A DNA stretch of 64,000 nucleotides. Origin: Cycas panzhihuaensis. Its lineage: Eukaryota; Plantae; Cycadophyta. Positions within the stretch are counted from its first letter, which is position 1. The number at the start of each line of letters is the position of its first letter. Position numbers and translations under genes: made by a program. This document shows positions 57,604 through 64,000 of this stretch, one piece after another. A model generated the notes under the pieces. That model searched no databases, had not been told where the DNA came from, and saw nothing but the letters and a program-made list of their open reading frames with translations. The DNA lies in assembly GCA_023213395.1 (NCBI GenBank), contig CM041465.1, forward strand, positions 183,465,741 to 183,529,740, written 5' to 3'.

Positions 57604-60600
57604 TTGTTTTAGAGAAATTTTGTAAAGGTTTTATTGTGCATATGGCTAATACCTATTTATTTATACATTTATATAATAATATATTATATTGAGTAAGTCT
57701 CCTCTTATTTACTCATATTTTATTGTAGGCATAAGTAGCCATTAGTTCATGATTTTGCAAACCTAAAGTTGAATTCTCCACTAGTTGTATCTATTGGACC
57801 TTTAGATTTATCTACATAATATTTGTGACTTTTGCCTCTTCCATTTATCCATTGATAAGCTCACTACTATTTGTTTTTACATACATTTCTCTTTCCATTA
57901 TACTTATAGGAAGAATCTATTCTTTTGTGTATAAACCTTTAGGAACAAGAATTATATATTTGACTCACATACTGGTATATAGGGTCCTTGGTCTTCCACT
58001 TGTGGGCAAGCACCACTAGATAGGATAATAATCAAGAGCTTTCCTTAGAGACCTTAAGACTTAGAATTCTAGATTAGAAACTCCTTAGGTAGATAGGACA
58101 CAAGAACACTTATATTTTTGGGTTACATTCTTTAAGATAATACTATATTTATAATAGCAATAAATATTAGAAATATAGATATATCTAAGTTTAATGGCTG
58201 AAATTTCCTTAAATAGAGTAAGAGAATGAGGTCCATCTTCATTGCAAAAGACATGTGGGAGCTTGTCAATAAGGGAATATAAAGATATTAATGATAATGA
58301 CACTAAGGATAAAGAACAAGCTTACAAGGATAATGCCAAAAAGGATAATAAGGCTTTGGCCCTTATATTTTATGCTCTAAAGGATTACATTTTCCCTATA
58401 GTAAGTGAAGTTACCACATCCAAAGAAGTTTGGAATACCCTCAAGTTGATTTATGAAGAAGCGACATCCACTAAGCTACTGCCACTTAAGAGTAAATCTA
58501 AAAATCTAAGGATGCCACCTAGAGAAGGAATAAATGAATTCATCACCAAGGTACAAGACTTGGTAAATCAAATGAGATCCTTAGGAGAAGTACTAAGTAA
58601 ACAAAGAGTTGTATAAAGAATTTTGAGATGTGTTGAAGAGATCAAGAGATTCGAAATGGTAGCCACTAGCATTAAGGTTTATAAATCCCTTTGTACCTTT
58701 TGGATTAATCAACTAACTATCATGCTTCTAGTAGTTGAAGAAAAGAAAGGGGGCAATGAGTCCCTTGAGTATGCTTTTTCCACTAAGGTTAGAATAAGGT
58801 AAAGAGATGAAATATGAGAGCAATCCCTTAGAGGAAGAGGAAGAAATCAAAATCAAGGAAGATTTCAAGGATAAAATCAAAGCCATCAAGATAAAAATAG
58901 CTTCCAAAGTCAAGGAAGTTAGTAAGAAGCAAACCAAAGGTATCGAGGACTAAACCAAAGGTATCATGGACCAAGTAACTTCCAAAGTCAAGGATGATTT
59001 CAAGTACAAAGCCAATGTTACTAAGGATATAATAACTTCCAAGGTCAAGGAAGTTATCAAGAACCAAACCAGCATTATCAAGTATCAAACTAGTACTATT
59101 AAGGTAAAGAACAAATGAACTTCCAAGGCCAAAGTGAATGCAAATTCTTTGAAAGAGGTAGAGCAACTTCTGGAGGAAGAGGAACCTCTAGAAGTAGAAG
59201 TCATAGCCAAAGACAAAGAGGAATTATCCAATGTTCCTATTTCTATAAAATAGGACACCTAGATAAATATTGTTTTACCAAGAATGCTAGTATTCAAAGG
59301 GGGATAATTAACATAACAATTGAGGAGAGAGACAATAATAAACTCTTTCTTTTAAGTTTTATTGTTAGTGAGGAAGAAAATAGTTGGTATATCAACTTAA
59401 GATGTTCAACACACATGACCCACATACCCACAAAGAAGAAATCTTTAAAGAAATTGATAGGTCCAAGAGAGGAAAGATTATGTTTAGAGATAATACTACT
59501 CATAAATCTATTGGAAAGGGTAATATATCTATAACTATAGAATCAAGAGAAACAAGATACATTGATGATTTGTTACATGTACCAACTCTAAAGAAGAACC
59601 TACTCTCGATGGGTTAGATAATAGAGTAATATTATAAAGTCACCTTTGATAATAGTGAATATACCATCAAGGATACGCTAAAAAATAAAGTAGTTGTAGC
59701 AAAGGGACATATTACTATTAATAGATTATTTAAGTTAGTCATTCCTCCATCAGACATCTATGCTTTGAATGTTAAAACATAATGTTTAATGTATATAGTG
59801 TACACATGCACTTCCCACCATTCACCTACTTTGAGATATATGAGATGTATACATATTGATGTTATCCCACTATTTAGTGATATAACAACTTATTATATTT
59901 GATAGGCTACTCATGACGTGATTATCACTATATATATATACTCTCACCACTTGAGAAAAGAGAAAAAGGTTGAAGACTTGGAGATGTAAACCTTATGATC
60001 ATAAGAAGAGTCCTAACTCCACCTTCTCTCATGGTTTTTTCCTATATTGGGTTTTTCACACATAAATCTTGGTGTTCATCTTATAGTGATGATTATGTTT
60101 GATGATGTTTACTTTACATATTTGATGTTTTACACTCATGAGTTTATATTATTTCATCTTCATATTTTAATATGGTATTAGGGCCATGCATGCATATTAT
60201 AACATAGTATCAGAGTAATTTACATCCAAGCCACTATGGTAAGGTGAAGATCTTGCTAATCTAGATTCATGCCTATCGACCCTATGATAGGAGGCATTTA
60301 TAAATAAGTTTTTGTTGAGCCAATTATATACATATACCAGTGACATGTGTGACTATTTATAGGATATATAAAGCTAGTCAAGCTATATATATGATAGATA
60401 GAATAAATACTGATGGTATGTTGATTTAGTATTTTATGTGGATATTTTTTTTAAGCATGTTGGTGCCATATATATGTAGCATGTAGGTATTCAAGTAGTT
60501 GATATAATATTATATTCTCTTGACAAGTATTTTAGTGATGAGATAAAAGGTATGTGGTAGATTTTATTATAGCATGAATTACTATGGAAATATGAGAAAG

Positions 60601-63163
60601 ATTTATTTATAACAATATACTCTTATATAGGCATGATTATATTATATTGATGACTTGATATAAGGGCTCCACTACTTGGGTTATGACTGAATGTCAAACC
60701 CTAGATGATGGCATGTTAATATATGACATAAGGATGCAATTACTTATTTATTATGATAGAATATCAATTTTTATGATGATGGCACAAATTGTTGAATGTG
60801 TACAAATTACATATATTTATATTTGATTTTGGAATGAAGATTTACATTATATATAAACAAATTCTACATACAATGGTATAAGAATATTATCAAGGGCATA
60901 GTAAAAATTATTTATGCATTGCATAATATCTACAGTTAGGCTCTGTAAGCTCATTCAAATTTGAAGTTTGATTCCTGAGTAGAAATCTGAGAGTTACTCC
61001 GATTGAGTTGACATAATCATCTATGCTGTAATCACAGAAGAAACCCTATTCATATTCAATATAAAGGATAGGCCATTGTCATCACATGCAAAGGGTTATA
61101 CACACAACCCAGAGTTCCCTGTTCTTACATAAATAATAGGAAGAATAAATCAAATTCTTACACACAGGAATGATATCTATGGAGCCATGCAAGCAGAATA
61201 ATAGCTGCATGTTTTGCAACCACTAAGCATGCACCTTATCTATATATAGATGCATAACTACTTTATAGCCTGATGAGAATTTATGGATACACCTATTTGT
61301 ATTCTTATAGAGTTAATTTTGCCTTGATGAGCGAAGTAATAACATCAAATGAGCCTTATACTTTTAAGGAGACTAACACAAAAGATAAATGGAAAGATGC
61401 AATGAATGAAGAGTATAATACCCTAGTAAAAAATGACACTTAGGAATTAGTTGACTTGCCACCAAACAAAACTATAATTGGCATAAAATAAGTCTATAAG
61501 ACCAAATTCATATCATATGTGACAATTAACAAATATAAGATAAGGCTAGTTGCCAAAGGTATGTAATAACTGAAGGAATTGATTATAATGAGATATTTAT
61601 ACCAGTCATTAGAATGGAGACATTTCATCTAATCATAGATTTGATTACATAAGAGGGTTGAGCTATTCAATAGATGGACATTAAAAGTACCTTCTTGAAT
61701 ATGTACATAGAAGAGAAGATTTATATCCAATAACCTAAAGGTTTTAAAGTAAATGAGGAAGAACATAAGGGCTATAAACTCAAAAAGGCCTTGTATGGAC
61801 TAAAATAAGCACTTAGAGCTTAGTGCTCTAGAATTGATAAATACTTTAGAGATAAAGGATCTGAAAGGAGTAAATCAGATCTTAATTTGTACATTAAGAT
61901 AGAAGGAATTTTAATACTCATTGTGGGCTTATATGTTGATGACCTTATCTATATAGGCAATGATGCTTAATTATCTCATAAATTCAAAGAAAGTATATAT
62001 AAAGAATTTAAAATAATTGATTTGGGACTCATATACTACTTCTTAGGTCTAAAGGTTTGGCAAGATGAGAATGGGATATTTGTTTCCCAAAGAAAATATA
62101 CTTTGGACTTATTACAAAAGTTTAACATGAGTAATTATAAAGAACTTACTACACCGACAAAAGTTGGGATAAAATTATCTAAGTATAAAGAATCTGCATC
62201 AGTTGATCTTATACTCTATAAGCAACTGGTTGGTAGTTTGATCTACTTAAGTTAGACTTAGTCAGATATCATATATGTAATAAGTGTTATTTCCAAATTC
62301 ATGCTCGATCCTAAAGTATTACATTGGCAAGTAGTAAAAAGGATCCTTAGATACTTAAAAGGCACAATTGCCTATGGACTACATTATAAGTCATTTATAA
62401 ATTTTAGATTAGTTGGCTACATAGATTCTAATTGGGTAGGTTGTATTGATGATAAAAAGTCTACATCAGGCTATACCTTTAGTTTGGGTTTAATATCAAT
62501 AGCTTAGAGTTTAAAGAAATGGAACACGATATCCTTGTCTATTATAGAAGCATAATACAAAACAACGATTAGAGGAGCATGTGAAATAGTTTGGCTAAGA
62601 AGACTAATCTAAGAATTATAAGTAACACTGGATGGTCCTACACAAATATTGTGTGATAACCAAAGTACCATATAAATAACTCAAAATCCAATTCATAGCA
62701 TATTGAAACTCAACATCAATTCTTTAGAGAATTGGTTCAAGTTGGTGAGATTGAGTTAATCTATTAGAGCATAGAAGAATAGGTGGAAGATATCTTTACT
62801 AAAGCTCTTAGAAAGATTAGGTTCTATAAATTCAGAGACAAGATTAGAGTCTTCCCAAATGAATATTATGGGGGAGAAATATTAGATAATGTTAATTTAA
62901 TCTATTAATACATATGCATTAGTATTAGGATTGGTGGAGTTGACATTAGCTGACAATAGTCGATTGGATAGTATTATTTTAAATGGTATTTTTAAATACT
63001 GAAAGACGATAAATGTTGGGCTCTTGCCTAACTCCCGTTTATATATATTAGGCCATAAGCCCCTTAAGTGTTCTTTAACACTACCTTTGTAATGCTAAAA
63101 ATTTGTTATCAATGATGCTCTTTGTTGCATAATATGCTCCCTTTGACTCCTTCTCTCCCTTTA
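57204..63163 (+). mobile_element. Ty1/Copia I (family of E) with integrase deleted
   Basis: LTRs 57204-57476 and 62880-63163. TSD GTTAT at 57199-57203 and 63164-63168. PBS at 57479; gag-PR 58188-59769; RT-RH ~61305-62860; PPT ATGGGGGAGAAA. Confidence 0.92.
59770..61300 (+). mobile_element. LTR element J (LTR 59770-60172, PBS, non-coding internal region), 3'-truncated, inside Copia I
   Basis: TGTTAAAACATAATGTTTAATG...TTTTAATA, followed by TGGTATTAGGGCC (60173) and a second PBS-like AACATAGTATCAGAG (60201). Copia I resumes at RVNFALM (~61305). Confidence 0.72.
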
Positions 63164-64000
63164 GTTATAATAATATCCAACCATTCTTAGTTAAGCATTT
63201 TCATTAGTGGGATTGTGGTTTCTCTCAAGCCAAGCTTTGAATATGATTAAACTTTGAGTTATAGTGTAAATTATTCATCTTTTATGATACATTTATTATT
63301 TCTTTATTAATGCATCATTAAATAGTTCTTGGAAGTTTAGTTATGCAGTTCATTACTTTATCACATTGTACTAATGATGATTGCCATAAGCAAGGAAAAA
63401 AATATACTAGGCATATCATGGGTGGACCTTTCATTGAATGATTTTTATATTCCATTTACAAACCATTTATTTATCATGGGTAACATATAGATCATGCATT
63501 TATATAATATTTTATCTAGAGTTGGAGGAGTTATTTATATATATTTTTACTAGTTGATATTTAGATTGCATGAGCACTTATGACATCTTAGCAACTACAT
63601 GAAGATTGGTCACTTTACCCATGTTATAAGGGTAGGGGTTAGGGGCATGTAATGTGCCCAATTAAGGGTGGATGTTATACCTTAGTTATGGTTTATGTGA
63701 TATAATTTATTTACATATTCTATTATACACATAGTTAATGTTAGATAAGCTTAAGTGCTTAGAGATTTGTGCAAATCTTATAAGAGAAGCTATAGTCATT
63801 AGAGTTAATACATAAACTTTAGGAGAAGCTACTTAATAGGAGAAGGTATTATAAATATTCCATCTATATACTCATTCATAAATGTATTAGATTTTATTTG
63901 GCTTACACCTTTTGAGGGATGGCTGATGTCAAAGAGGTCAACATTTTAGATTTATACTTAAGATGTTATTGACTTTTATCTTCATTATATATTCACATGA

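Larger units (their letters stand above)
55744..64000 (+). mobile_element. Old LTR element H with short non-coding internal region (5' LTR 55744-56222; 3' LTR 63648 to window end), host of Copia I
   Basis: 55760-56104 aligns with 63660-64000 (roughly 70%). Degenerate PBS TGGTATTAGATC at 56225; PPT AGGGGTTAGGGGCA before TGTAAT at 63648. Confidence 0.72.

Noticed and set aside
58828-59166. Hydrophobic repeat ORFs on the minus strand (also 18763-19104)
   Set aside because: Antisense shadows of the CAA-rich Gag low-complexity segments.

Overview
Eukaryotic DNA from a land plant, probably one with a large genome. About 90% of the window is nested, mostly decayed retrotransposons. There is one recognisable host gene segment: coding exon 1 of a FAHD1-like gene (fumarylacetoacetate-hydrolase-domain acylpyruvase/oxaloacetate decarboxylase) on the minus strand at 25367-25486, which the ORF track misses. 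I found no exon 2 between 1 and 25366, so this stretch appears to be a >25 kb intron. It holds at least four Ty1/Copia elements, two non-coding LTR elements, a Gypsy RT/RNase H fragment and a 189-bp TSD-flanked retroposed insert. Upstream of the gene lie an orphan LTR fused to a Tnt1/Tork-like Copia, a degenerate Tat-type Gypsy, a Copia fragment, an L1-type LINE and a three-level LTR nest. The Gypsy's archaeal-type RNase H lies downstream of integrase, beyond a solo LTR inserted in a (TA)n tract and a 3.2-kb TA-rich microsatellite. No retroelement ORF is intact. The strongest candidates for something new are a Q/G/Y/N-rich, prion-like low-complexity segment in the Gag of two related Copia elements, the detached RNase H, and a set of non-coding LTR elements with gene-like internal DNA. 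All boundaries were read by eye; those supported by a TSD are the most reliable.
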